This document shows, one piece after another, positions 29,557-38,602 of a stretch of 64,000 nt of DNA. Made by a program: the position numbers and the translations under genes. The stretch covers positions 256,001 to 320,000 of the forward strand of contig JBAXKC010000001.1 in the NCBI GenBank assembly GCA_037137535.1, read 5' to 3'. The stretch's first letter is position 1; each line of letters opens with the position of its first letter. The stretch comes from a bacterium (GTDB lineage: Bacteria > Cyanobacteriota > Vampirovibrionia > Gastranaerophilales > JBAXKC01). The notes under the pieces were generated by a model. That model saw nothing but the letters and a program-made list of their open reading frames with translations. It was not told the origin of the DNA and ran no database searches.

Positions 29557-30447
29557 ATGTTAAATTCTTTAAAAATTAAAAATAAGAATAAAAGATTTGG
29601 ACTATCTCTTACAGAAGCGTTAGTTGTTTTAATGGTTGCAGGTGTTGCAGTTGCTGCCTCTATGCCAACAATGTCGGTAAAGACATTACTTAAAACTAAT
29701 TCAGATGTAAGTATAGGTGCTATTGTAATATGGGCAAACAATGGAGCTATTCCTGCTAATTACCTTGAATGTAACGGCCAAACCGTAAACAAAGCAGATT
29801 ATATAAACTTATACAGTATTATTAGCGGTACTTATGGACAAACGGCAACTCAATTCAATGTTCCCGATTTAAGAGGCAGGACTGTTATTGGAATGGGAAA
29901 AATAAGTGCCTTGAGCAAACAACGTAATTTTAATGATGTGGGTGGTAAAGAAAAAGTAAGACTTATTGATACAAATTTACCTGCTCATTCCCATATAGTT
30001 AACGACCCGGGTCATACTCATGCAGACCTCGGGCATACTCATCCTGTTTATGATCCGGGGCATAAACACTGGGATTATGGTCATAGCCATGGAGTATGGG
30101 ATGGTGGACATAGCCATGAATATGGCGATATATATTTTTCAGAATCATGGGGCTGGGTTCCGACACCTGATGGTTTTGGACACTGTGCTAAAAGCGATAA
30201 TGACAACTATGGTTTTCAAATGGGACGCTATACTGATCTAGCCACAAGTAATATTGGTGTTTATCCTGGTAATGCAAATTTCACAACAGAACATACAGGT
30301 GTTTCAGCTGCTACAGGTACGGCAAATCTTGGCAATTCAGTCACAGGTGTTAACTTAAACGCACCTGCAACAGGTGGCGACGATAATAATCTTCATGAAA
30401 ATATGCCGCCGTTTTACACATTGAGATATATCATTAGAGCAAGATAA
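29557..30447 (+). CDS. Type IV prepilin N-terminus fused to phage tail-collar / HxH fibre domain (copy 3)
   Basis: G|LSLTE..G14..P22; YLECNGQTV...FNVPDLRGR; six HxH motifs; HENMPPFYTLRYIIRAR. Confidence 0.88.
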   Translation: MLNSLKIKNKNKRFGLSLTEALVVLMVAGVAVAASMPTMSVKTLLKTNSDVSIGAIVIWANNGAIPANYLECNGQTVNKADYINLYSIISGTYGQTATQFNVPDLRGRTVIGMGKISALSKQRNFNDVGGKEKVRLIDTNLPAHSHIVNDPGHTHADLGHTHPVYDPGHKHWDYGHSHGVWDGGHSHEYGDIYFSESWGWVPTPDGFGHCAKSDNDNYGFQMGRYTDLATSNIGVYPGNANFTTEHTGVSAATGTANLGNSVTGVNLNAPATGGDDNNLHENMPPFYTLRYIIRAR

Positions 30448-30471
30448 CTAATTTTTTATATTAAATATATT

Positions 30472-30508
30472 AAAAGAGCTGTTAAACTTAAAAATTAACA
30501 GCTCTTTT
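30472..30508. terminator. Bidirectional intrinsic terminator
   Basis: AAAAGAGCTGTTAA...TTAACAGCTCTTTT closes the three-gene operon. Confidence 0.75.
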
Positions 30509-30532
30509 TGATAAATAATATAATAATGCCTT

Positions 30533-31126
30533 TTAATGCTTTTCCAACTCATTTTTTATAGCCTTTAACGTTGTAGGCAAGGTGTTGTTAAGCCCATAAG
30601 AACGTAAAAAAGACGGTAAATAGAAACCAAGATCAATATACATTGTATAGGTTAATATAGAATTACCCTGATACGGTTCGATTTCCCAAGATCCGTATAA
30701 TTCTTTAAAAGAACCTTCAGTTCTTTTATATATAATTGTTTTAGTTCTTTCATTTTCATCTAAATGCAATGTATATTGAAATACGGGTAAAGCAGGAGCT
30801 GTTTTAAGTGAAACCTGCACCTTTTGGAAATTATGTCCTTTTGCAAGAATTTTATTTTGACGAACCCCAGGGACTATTCGCCCCATTCTTTCCTGATTTT
30901 CAAGTAAAGCCCATACTTTTTCAGGTGATGAATGAATTAATACTTTTCCTTCAGTTCCTTTTAAATCACCCTTGCAATTAAAAAATCTTAAAGCGACTTC
31001 ACCCTTTTGCAATCTTGTAATATTTTCTATTGCCATTGCTTTATTTGGAAATTGCATTGAGAAAATCAAGGATGGGATAATAATAAGACTCATAAGTCCG
31101 TAATGTAGTTTGAGTTTTGTATTCAT
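30533..31126 (-). CDS. SRPBCC/START (cyclase/dehydrase) family protein with signal-like N-terminus
   Basis: IHSSPEKVWALL...EGSFKELYGSWEIEP...LTY. Confidence 0.8.
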   Translation of the reverse strand: MNTKLKLHYGLMSLIIIPSLIFSMQFPNKAMAIENITRLQKGEVALRFFNCKGDLKGTEGKVLIHSSPEKVWALLENQERMGRIVPGVRQNKILAKGHNFQKVQVSLKTAPALPVFQYTLHLDENERTKTIIYKRTEGSFKELYGSWEIEPYQGNSILTYTMYIDLGFYLPSFLRSYGLNNTLPTTLKAIKNELEKH

Positions 31127-31208
31127 ATTTAACCTAGCGTTTTAATAATCTTAAACTACTAGGTTATTGTAAACACTTTTTATAGTCAACAAATAATACA
31201 CTACAAAC

Positions 31209-32093
31209 TTAACAATTATCTATTTTCTTATAATTTGTTAATATCCAACTTTTTGACTTAATTTTTTCCTGTAGAATCAAATCTTGTGTTGTTAAAAACT
31301 CGATATATCTAGGATTTTTAGGATTAAGATCTTTAAATTTACAGGGATGAATAAGCATTTCAGTAATACAATTTTTGTCTTTAATACTGTTTAAGCCTGA
31401 TTCAATAGTTTGTGAGTCCATAAACCCTGTATAAGCTACACCGATTATGTAATCATTTGTTTTAACACCATATTGAGCAGCAGTTTTATGATTTATTGCT
31501 GATAAATGATTAAGCAGAGCCACTTTTATAGTATTTAAAGGATACCAGAGGTTTAAATGCTTTTGCAGTTGCGGGACTACATAAGGTTTTTCATATTGAG
31601 TCCTTACGTAAGTAATATTATATTCTTTAGCAAGTTTACATGTAATTTCAAATATTGGGGGAATAGCATGGATATGAACATGTGAATTCAAATGATCGAC
31701 TTCAACTTGAGAAAGAATAAGTTCTATTTGATTTCTGAAGTCGTGTTCAATTTCTAGCAATAATTTTTTATTTTTTGATTTTGCAAGAAGAGAATGAAAA
31801 CTATTTTGATAAGTTCCATCTGAAGAACATAATAACGAAGAAGCAGAATAATTTTTCAGAGTTGTTTTGCCTTCCATTATATTTAAGTGAACGCCAAGCC
31901 CCATCTCCTCACATTCAGGAAGCACTTCTTTTATAGCATGCTCAAAAGCCTCTCCATTTGCACAAAGACATGCACTTGTGAGAAAACCTTCTTTATATCC
32001 AATTTTTACGCCTTCGTTAAAATCTTTATTTATACCAAAATCATCAGCATTAAAAATAAGTAATTTTTTATTGCCCGAACTCTCCAACTTCAT
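31209..32093 (-). CDS. YdjC/ChbG/HpnK family carbohydrate deacetylase
   Basis: LIFNADDFG, GVHLN, HLNSHVHIH, and EMLIHP. Confidence 0.92.
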   Translation of the reverse strand: MKLESSGNKKLLIFNADDFGINKDFNEGVKIGYKEGFLTSACLCANGEAFEHAIKEVLPECEEMGLGVHLNIMEGKTTLKNYSASSLLCSSDGTYQNSFHSLLAKSKNKKLLLEIEHDFRNQIELILSQVEVDHLNSHVHIHAIPPIFEITCKLAKEYNITYVRTQYEKPYVVPQLQKHLNLWYPLNTIKVALLNHLSAINHKTAAQYGVKTNDYIIGVAYTGFMDSQTIESGLNSIKDKNCITEMLIHPCKFKDLNPKNPRYIEFLTTQDLILQEKIKSKSWILTNYKKIDNC

Positions 32094-32229
32094 TTATAAT
32101 GCTCCAAAATAAGTTTATTAAACTACTTTTATAACTAGGGAATAATTTATTCTTATATTAAACTCAGACTCATTATATTATAATAATTGTAGATTGTAAT
32201 AATTTTTAAATTAATAAAATGGTGGATAT

Positions 32230-33183
32230 ATGCAAAATCCTATTTTGGCGATAGTTATTCCATGTTTTAACGAACAGGATTTAATAAAAAGCACGATTAA
32301 CAGTTTACTTTGTAAAATTAAAGAACTGTCAAATTCAAATATCATAAGTGATGAAAGTTTTTTATATTTTATAGATGATGGTAGTCACGATGAAACGTGG
32401 AATATTTTGCAAAAATCCAACCAAGAAAATTCTAAAGTAAAAGCACTTAAACTTTCAAGAAACTTTGGAAATCAAAATGCTTTACTAGCAGGACTTTTAG
32501 GAGTTCAGGCGCTTAATCCCGATTGTGTAATAACAATGGATGCCGACCTTCAGCAGGATGAAAACAGTATTAAAGAATTCATAGAAAAATACAAAAACGG
32601 TGCGGATATTGTCTGCGGAATAAGAAAAGACAACGAAACTTATTCAATTTTCAAAAATTGCACTTCAGTTTTATTCTATAAATTAATGAACTTAATGGGG
32701 GCAAAAATTGCTGAAAATCATTCTGATTACAGGTTGATAAACAAAAAAGTCCTTAATGTATTAGCCGAATACAAAGAAGTAAATTTATTTCTTAGAGGAA
32801 TTTTTAACGAATTAGGCTTTAAAACAGAACATGTTTATTTTGATGTAAAACCCCGAGCAATAGGTCAATCAAAGTTTGGAATTTTAAAGCTGTTGTCGCT
32901 TGCGTTAAGCGGTATTACTTCCTTCAGTATAGTTCCATTAAGGATAGTCTCAGTTATAGGGTTATTAATGTCATTTTTTAGCTTTTTAATGGGAGTAGAG
33001 GTTATATACGAAAAAGTCTTTGGAACAGGAGTTATTCCTGGTTGGGCAACAATTGTAGTTGCTGTTTGCTTTATAGGCGGTGTTCAAATTTTCTGTACGG
33101 GTATTATCGGTGAATATTTAGGACAAGTCTACAAGGAAACAAAGGCAAGACCTAGATATGTAAAAGATATTGAGCTTTTATAA
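32230..33183 (+). CDS. Polyprenol-phosphate glycosyltransferase, GT2 (GtrB/ArnC-like)
   Basis: IPCFNE, DDGSHD, LSRNFGNQNAL, MDADLQ, two C-terminal TM helices, and ETKARPRY. Confidence 0.92.
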   Translation: MQNPILAIVIPCFNEQDLIKSTINSLLCKIKELSNSNIISDESFLYFIDDGSHDETWNILQKSNQENSKVKALKLSRNFGNQNALLAGLLGVQALNPDCVITMDADLQQDENSIKEFIEKYKNGADIVCGIRKDNETYSIFKNCTSVLFYKLMNLMGAKIAENHSDYRLINKKVLNVLAEYKEVNLFLRGIFNELGFKTEHVYFDVKPRAIGQSKFGILKLLSLALSGITSFSIVPLRIVSVIGLLMSFFSFLMGVEVIYEKVFGTGVIPGWATIVVAVCFIGGVQIFCTGIIGEYLGQVYKETKARPRYVKDIELL

Positions 33184-33255
33184 ATTATCTTACTTTTAAT
33201 ATTAAAAAAACAGCCTGTTTTAAAAAAATAGGCTGTTTTTTATAGTTACTTAATT

Positions 33256-34959
33256 TTAATCGGAAATTATTTCTGACAATAAAGAATATTTTTTTCCTTT
33301 ATTTACTATCTTAAACTTAATATTTTTAGCAGTATCTTCAAGATTTTCTGTCTTTATAATTATTACGGAATTGACAGTTAAATCTCTTTTTAATCTTTGA
33401 TAATCGCAAGTTTTTATAAAATCAACTTGTTTTTCATAATAAAAAAGAGTGCTTGGTCTAACCCCAAAATCAAAAGTTATAAGTTTTTTATTATACTGTT
33501 TTGCAAACTTTGCATAACTTACAAGTTCATTCTCACCACCATTATAAATCATAGGAATTACATAATTTATTGAAATTAATAGAATCCCGACCATAAATAA
33601 AAGCTGTGATGTGAATAAAAGAACTTTTTTATTAAAACGAATGAATATAAAGTTTGCAATAGCTGTAATAAGTGCTAATGCAATAGTATAAGTTTTTAGA
33701 GGAGCTGAAAGAAATACAATTCCTTTATTATTAAGCACAGGCACTATAAAAATTGCAGCAACTCCTGCTAATAAAAGAATTACGCTAAAAATACCTGTTG
33801 ATATTTTAATTCCACTATTATTTTTGCCATTTTCAATAAATTGATACCAATAATAACCTGTTAATAAAGCTGCCGCAGGATATAGAGGCAAGATATAAGT
33901 TGCAAGTTTTGTGCTTGATGCGCTGAAGAATAACATTACTAAAGCAAAATAACAAATCATAAGAACTAATAATTTTTCGGTTCTTTTTTCTTCGTTTACT
34001 GCAAAAATATCTTTTAATTTTGTATATAAGCTCAAAATATTATCTTTGGTGAGATGTTTAATTCCATTAATTGTACTAGCTAAAAAAGAACAAATCCATG
34101 GAAAAAATCCAACTGCAAAGACAGGAAGAAAGAAGTAAAGAGGAGCCTGTCTTCCTATTCCTTTTGAATCAATAAATCTTGAAAAATGCTGTTTTATTAT
34201 ATAATCATTAACAAAAGCCATTCCGTTTTTATGGAATATTGCTAAATGCCATGGAAGAGAAATTGTAAAAAATATGACAAAACCAGGTAAAATATTTTCC
34301 GGCTTAAACATTTTTTTAAGATTACCAGTAATTGTAGCGACAAAACCCATAACCGCAAAAGGTAAAATCAATCCCGGTAGGCCTTTAGCTAAAACAGCCA
34401 AAGCACTAAAAAAATAAGCTGCCCACCAATAATACTTCTGATTTGACTCTTTGCAAAAATAAGTTAAAAATCCCGAATAAATTGAAGACATGATAAATGT
34501 AGAAAGAATCATATCAATTATTGCGACTCTTGCTAAAACCAAAAATTGTATACACGAAAGTAAAATCAACGCACTAATTAAACCAAATACTCTTGATATA
34601 GTCTTTTTACCGAAGTAATAAGTATAAAACACTGCAAAGCTGGCTGTTAAAGCAATTGGAAATCTCGCAGTAAATTCCGAAATTTTACCAAATAACATAT
34701 AAGAAGAAGCAAGCATCCAAAAATACAAAGGTGGTTTTTCATAAAAAATATTAAAATTAAGATGCATTGTTATCCAGTCGGATTTCTGCAATATTTCCCT
34801 TGCCATATCTGCATATCTTGTCTCATCAACGTCAATTAAAGGGTTTAATCCTAATTGATGAAATAGAAAAATATAACAAAAAACAAAAAGACATAGGCAA
34901 GACATAATTTCTGCGTGCTTTTTGCAAAATATTATTAAACTATTTATTGTATTTTTCAA
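33256..34959 (-). CDS. ArnT-like GT-C glycosyltransferase
   Basis: DVDETRY, YEKPPLYFW, LAKG, and TKLATYILPLYP; multiple TM helices. Confidence 0.9.
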   Translation of the reverse strand: MKNTINSLIIFCKKHAEIMSCLCLFVFCYIFLFHQLGLNPLIDVDETRYADMAREILQKSDWITMHLNFNIFYEKPPLYFWMLASSYMLFGKISEFTARFPIALTASFAVFYTYYFGKKTISRVFGLISALILLSCIQFLVLARVAIIDMILSTFIMSSIYSGFLTYFCKESNQKYYWWAAYFFSALAVLAKGLPGLILPFAVMGFVATITGNLKKMFKPENILPGFVIFFTISLPWHLAIFHKNGMAFVNDYIIKQHFSRFIDSKGIGRQAPLYFFLPVFAVGFFPWICSFLASTINGIKHLTKDNILSLYTKLKDIFAVNEEKRTEKLLVLMICYFALVMLFFSASSTKLATYILPLYPAAALLTGYYWYQFIENGKNNSGIKISTGIFSVILLLAGVAAIFIVPVLNNKGIVFLSAPLKTYTIALALITAIANFIFIRFNKKVLLFTSQLLFMVGILLISINYVIPMIYNGGENELVSYAKFAKQYNKKLITFDFGVRPSTLFYYEKQVDFIKTCDYQRLKRDLTVNSVIIIKTENLEDTAKNIKFKIVNKGKKYSLLSEIISD

Positions 34960-34994
34960 AACGGTACTTCCTCCGAAAATATAATTTATTGGCT

Positions 34995-35039
34995 TTTTTA
35001 AGTATAATTTAAGAAACTATATTAAATTATACTTAAAAA
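34995..35039. promoter_or_regulatory. Perfect 18-bp inverted repeat carrying TATAAT in both arms, between divergent arnT-like and gtrA genes
   Basis: TTTTTAAGTATAATTTAA-N9-TTAAATTATACTTAAAAA. Confidence 0.55.
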
Positions 35040-35109
35040 GAGCTTAGTTCTTTAGTAAAAAAAGTTTAAGTAAATTAATTGTTATAAGTTAAAATCACGA
35101 GGAAGTAAC

Positions 35110-35496
35110 TTGAAAAAAATTTTATCTCAATATTACAGATATATAATTGCAGGTTTTTTAGTTGTAGCTATAGACTTCGTTATTTTGGCTTTTTTGACAG
35201 ATTTTATTCATGTATATTACTTAATATCGGCTTGTTGTGCTTATATATTTGCCTCTGTAATTCATTATTTCATAAGTACAAATTATATTTTTGACGAAAG
35301 CTCCATAAAAAATAAATACCATGAATTTTTAATATTTTTCGGCCTGGGGGCTATAGGATTAATATTATTTGAAATACTTATGTATCTTTTCACAGATTAT
35401 TTGGGCATCTATTATCTTGCTTCAAAAATAATAGTTTCAGGAATTATGTTTACTTTTAATTTTGCAACAAGAAAATTAATTTTATTCCGAAATTAA
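35110..35496 (+). CDS. GtrA family flippase
   Basis: 128 aa with four TM helices; RYIIAG...IDF and FNFATRKLILF. Confidence 0.9.
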   Translation: MKKILSQYYRYIIAGFLVVAIDFVILAFLTDFIHVYYLISACCAYIFASVIHYFISTNYIFDESSIKNKYHEFLIFFGLGAIGLILFEILMYLFTDYLGIYYLASKIIVSGIMFTFNFATRKLILFRN

Positions 35497-35558
35497 GCAA
35501 AAAAAAACCGCCTACTCTAGGCGGTAAAGTGTGGGTCATATTGAATTAGTGTGAATGA

Positions 35559-36113
35559 TTACTTTGAACAGGTTGAACATTCTTTTGCTTTTGCAAAATC
35601 AAGCTCAGTTTGAGCAACATTGTTCAATAAATTTGTCAGAATATTCAATGTTACATTTCCAACGATTTCAAGAATTTCTTCTTGATCAAATCCCGCTTCT
35701 CTAGCATTAGCAAGATCAATGTCTTCAACTTTTCCTCTGGTTTCATAAACAGCGTTAGCAAGTTTTAAAGCAGCATCAGCCTTTGCGGATGAAGAAGCTC
35801 CTCTTCTGCTTAGCATAATTTCTTCTTCAGAAAGACCTGTTTTACTTGCAATTAAAGAATGAGCGGCTAAACAATATTCGCAGCTGTTTCTTTGTGCAAT
35901 ATATAATGCAATTCTTTCTGCAATTTTCGCATCTAATTTTCCATTAGACAGCGCACCGCTGAAGCTAAGGTAAGAATCAAGAACAGCAGAGGAATTTGCC
36001 ATCATTTTAAATACATTTGGAACACCGCCAAATTTTTGTTGAACTTTATTTAATAATTCTTTAGTTTCAGCTGAAACTTCATTTTGATTTAATAAATTTA
36101 TACGATTACTCAT
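35559..36113 (-). CDS. Carboxymuconolactone decarboxylase / AhpD-like protein
   Basis: ERIALYIAQRNSCEYCLAAH. Confidence 0.9.
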   Translation of the reverse strand: MSNRINLLNQNEVSAETKELLNKVQQKFGGVPNVFKMMANSSAVLDSYLSFSGALSNGKLDAKIAERIALYIAQRNSCEYCLAAHSLIASKTGLSEEEIMLSRRGASSSAKADAALKLANAVYETRGKVEDIDLANAREAGFDQEEILEIVGNVTLNILTNLLNNVAQTELDFAKAKECSTCSK

Positions 36114-36300
36114 TAATTGTCTCCTTTGAAAGTTAGTGACTAGTTTTTAACAAACTGTACCGATTAAGTATAGTTTACTAAAACTTTTTTAATTTGTAAA
36201 GAGGTTTAATTCTTTTTTTATAAAAATTTTTAATCAAAATAAAAACACCTTTAATTGCATAAATTAAAGATGTTTTTATTTTTAAGATATTAATGCTAAT

Positions 36301-36540
36301 TTATTTTTGAATGGCTAAAACTTCTTCTAGTCGTTCGTCCATATACTTGTAAGCATCCGCAATTCCTTGATTATAAAACTCGGGAGCAAGCTTTTCCGCA
36401 ATAAATCCTAAAATAAGTTCGGCAGCTAAATCTCCCAAATCTTCTTCTCGTTCTTTAATAAAATAGTTTTTAATTTCATAAAGCATATATGCCTTTTTTT
36501 CAGCACTTAATTGTAATGCAGTAGAGTTTTTTCGAGCCAT
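36301..36540 (-). CDS. DUF2164-like small protein
   Basis: IKNYF...DLGDLAAELIL...FYNQGIADA. Confidence 0.8.
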   Translation of the reverse strand: MARKNSTALQLSAEKKAYMLYEIKNYFIKEREEDLGDLAAELILGFIAEKLAPEFYNQGIADAYKYMDERLEEVLAIQK

Positions 36541-36777
36541 TTATTGTAGTTCCTTTATTTTATGAAAAAATTATATACCTTTAATAACCCAAAGTTATAT
36601 AAAACACCATAAATAATATTATTTAGATTTGTCGCGAAGTAATAAAAAATCAGACACTCTCCAAGAAGCTAAAAGTGGAGAGAAGAGATTTAAACTACAT
36701 TATGAAATTTGTTTACGAATTTTGACAATTTTTTGATAGACTAAATGTAAATTTACTTTTAAAATTTGAGGTAAATA

Positions 36778-37665
36778 ATGAAAAAATTGATATTTATTTT
36801 AGCTATATTTATATTTTTCTTTTCTGCATTTGCTTCAGCAAATAATTACTCCCTTCAAAAAAACCCTGATTTAAGACTAAAAGTAAAAACTGAACAAAAT
36901 CAAGAAAAACTTACTGAATATAAAAAATACATTAACACCTTGCCAAAAAACAAAATTGAATCAATAACTAATGCAAAAAATAAATATTTTCAGCTTTTTT
37001 CCGTAAGTGACAGCTTAAATTTAAAAGATAAAGCATTTTTTCTATTTCAAAAAAAATATATGGAAATTATTGACGATCAACAAAGCGCAATAGGTTTTAT
37101 GGATGGATTACATATTTATAAAGAAATAAAAAAAGATTATTGTGATATTGATAAAAAACGTTTAAAACAAAAAGAAGATTATTATAAACAATATGGATTA
37201 AAGTTAAATTATATTTATAAAGGGTATGTCCCAGATATAGATTATAATTATTTAATTAATCAATTTAAAACATATATTAGCCCACAAATGAAGGAATATT
37301 TGAGCTTTTGTTTTAAAAATCCTAATTTAGATGTAATAGATGAAGGAGAAGTGCTAATTAATTGGGACAAATTACGTGAAAGATTAATTTATTTAGAAAA
37401 TTTTATCAATAAAAATCCTGATTTCGCAGCTAAAGATTTTGCAAAAGAATCATTAAATTGGTACTTAGATTTATACACAGGTGAAACAAGCTCTCTTTAT
37501 TCTAATAATTTTGATACACAAGATTATATAAGAGATGATGCAAAGCACAGTTTTGAAATATTTATTAAACAAAATAAAAGTTCAAAATATTATTTAAGAA
37601 TTTATAAAAAATACAATCAGTTGAAAAAATATAACTTTAATATTAGCAAATATAATCAATATTAA
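36778..37665 (+). CDS. Hypothetical secreted protein
   Basis: Sec signal peptide MKKLIFILAIFIFFFSAFASA; GAGG RBS. Confidence 0.7.
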   Translation: MKKLIFILAIFIFFFSAFASANNYSLQKNPDLRLKVKTEQNQEKLTEYKKYINTLPKNKIESITNAKNKYFQLFSVSDSLNLKDKAFFLFQKKYMEIIDDQQSAIGFMDGLHIYKEIKKDYCDIDKKRLKQKEDYYKQYGLKLNYIYKGYVPDIDYNYLINQFKTYISPQMKEYLSFCFKNPNLDVIDEGEVLINWDKLRERLIYLENFINKNPDFAAKDFAKESLNWYLDLYTGETSSLYSNNFDTQDYIRDDAKHSFEIFIKQNKSSKYYLRIYKKYNQLKKYNFNISKYNQY

Positions 37666-37703
37666 ATTATCCATATAATTCTAGTAGCAGGGTTTAAACC
37701 CTA

Positions 37704-37895
37704 CTAAACTTTTTCTACACAAAATAAATTAACATCAGCTTCTCTTGCTCTTAATTCAAATTCCCTACCTGAGCATTTATTTATAAGGTCTAGCCAAATA
37801 AAGAACCCTGTTGGGTATCTTGCAAAAGAAAATCTTTTTAAATTTTCTTTTGCAAGTTCATATCTTTTAACAGCTTCTTTTCTTTTTTTGCAATG
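37704..37895 (-). pseudogene. Frameshifted C-terminal fragment of a MocR-type PLP aminotransferase-family gene
   Basis: KKRKEAVKRYELAKENLKRFSFARYPTGF, then a frame change, then IWLDL...GREFELRAREADVNLFCVEK. Confidence 0.55.
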
Positions 37896-37944
37896 AAATT
37901 ATTTATAGAACTAAACTTGACATCATTTATAAAATGTTTTACTC

Positions 37945-37964
37945 TGGAGTGAATACTCGTTCCA
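37945..37964. promoter_or_regulatory. Putative TetR operator 1, downstream of TTGACA-N17-TACTCT
   Basis: Imperfect palindrome TGGAGTGAATACTCGTTCCA. Confidence 0.55.
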
Positions 37965-37983
37965 ATAATTTGTACAGGTTTTT

Positions 37984-38544
37984 ATGAAGGATAAAAGAGA
38001 AAAAATTCTAAAAGCAGCCTTGGGTGTAATTTGCGAAGTCGGATTGCAATCTGCTTCAGTCTCTCAAATTGTAAAACGGGCTGACGTTGGGATGGGGACA
38101 TTATACAATTATTTCTCCAGTAAAGAAGAACTGGTTAGCGAGTTATACGAAGAGTTAATGAAAAATTTAGCGACTGCAACATATAAAAATATTGACCCAA
38201 ATCTTGACGCCAAAAATAAATTTAATAAAATATTCGCCAGTTTTATTGAATATTCTTTAAATCATCAACTCGAATTTCAATTTATTGAGAACTATGCACA
38301 TTCTCCATATATATCGAAAAAATCTTTAGATATTAAGGAAGAATTAATGAAATTTTTTGATGAATTTTTTATAGAAATTAAAAAATCGTTTGAAGTTAAA
38401 GATACAAAAAGCAGCTTTTATCTAAAATTTGTTTACGGAGCCTTATCAGGAGTCATTAAAGGTCATTTGCTGGGCTATTATACACTAACGGAAAAAGATA
38501 TTAATATAGCCTTAAAATCTTGTTGGGATGCAATTTTAAAATAA
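37984..38544 (+). CDS. TetR/AcrR family regulator
   Basis: ILKAA...SVSQIVKRADVGMGTLYNYFSSKEEL helix-turn-helix. Confidence 0.95.
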   Translation: MKDKREKILKAALGVICEVGLQSASVSQIVKRADVGMGTLYNYFSSKEELVSELYEELMKNLATATYKNIDPNLDAKNKFNKIFASFIEYSLNHQLEFQFIENYAHSPYISKKSLDIKEELMKFFDEFFIEIKKSFEVKDTKSSFYLKFVYGALSGVIKGHLLGYYTLTEKDINIALKSCWDAILK

Positions 38545-38562
38545 TTTTTTTTTATAAACCAC

Positions 38563-38580
38563 TGAATGAACATTCACTCA
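38563..38580. promoter_or_regulatory. Putative TetR operator 2
   Basis: Palindrome TGAATGAACATTCACTCA, similar to operator 1. Confidence 0.55.
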
Positions 38581-38602
38581 AATAATAAGGAGAAGAAATA
38601 AA

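Noticed and set aside
27623-30447. Prophage or tailocin tail module
   Set aside because: No other phage structural, lysis or integration genes are in the window, and every copy has a prepilin N-terminus.
37819-37856. 15-bp perfect inverted repeat as a MITE or operator
   Set aside because: It lies within the MocR-type pseudogene fragment, with no target-site duplication or second copy seen.
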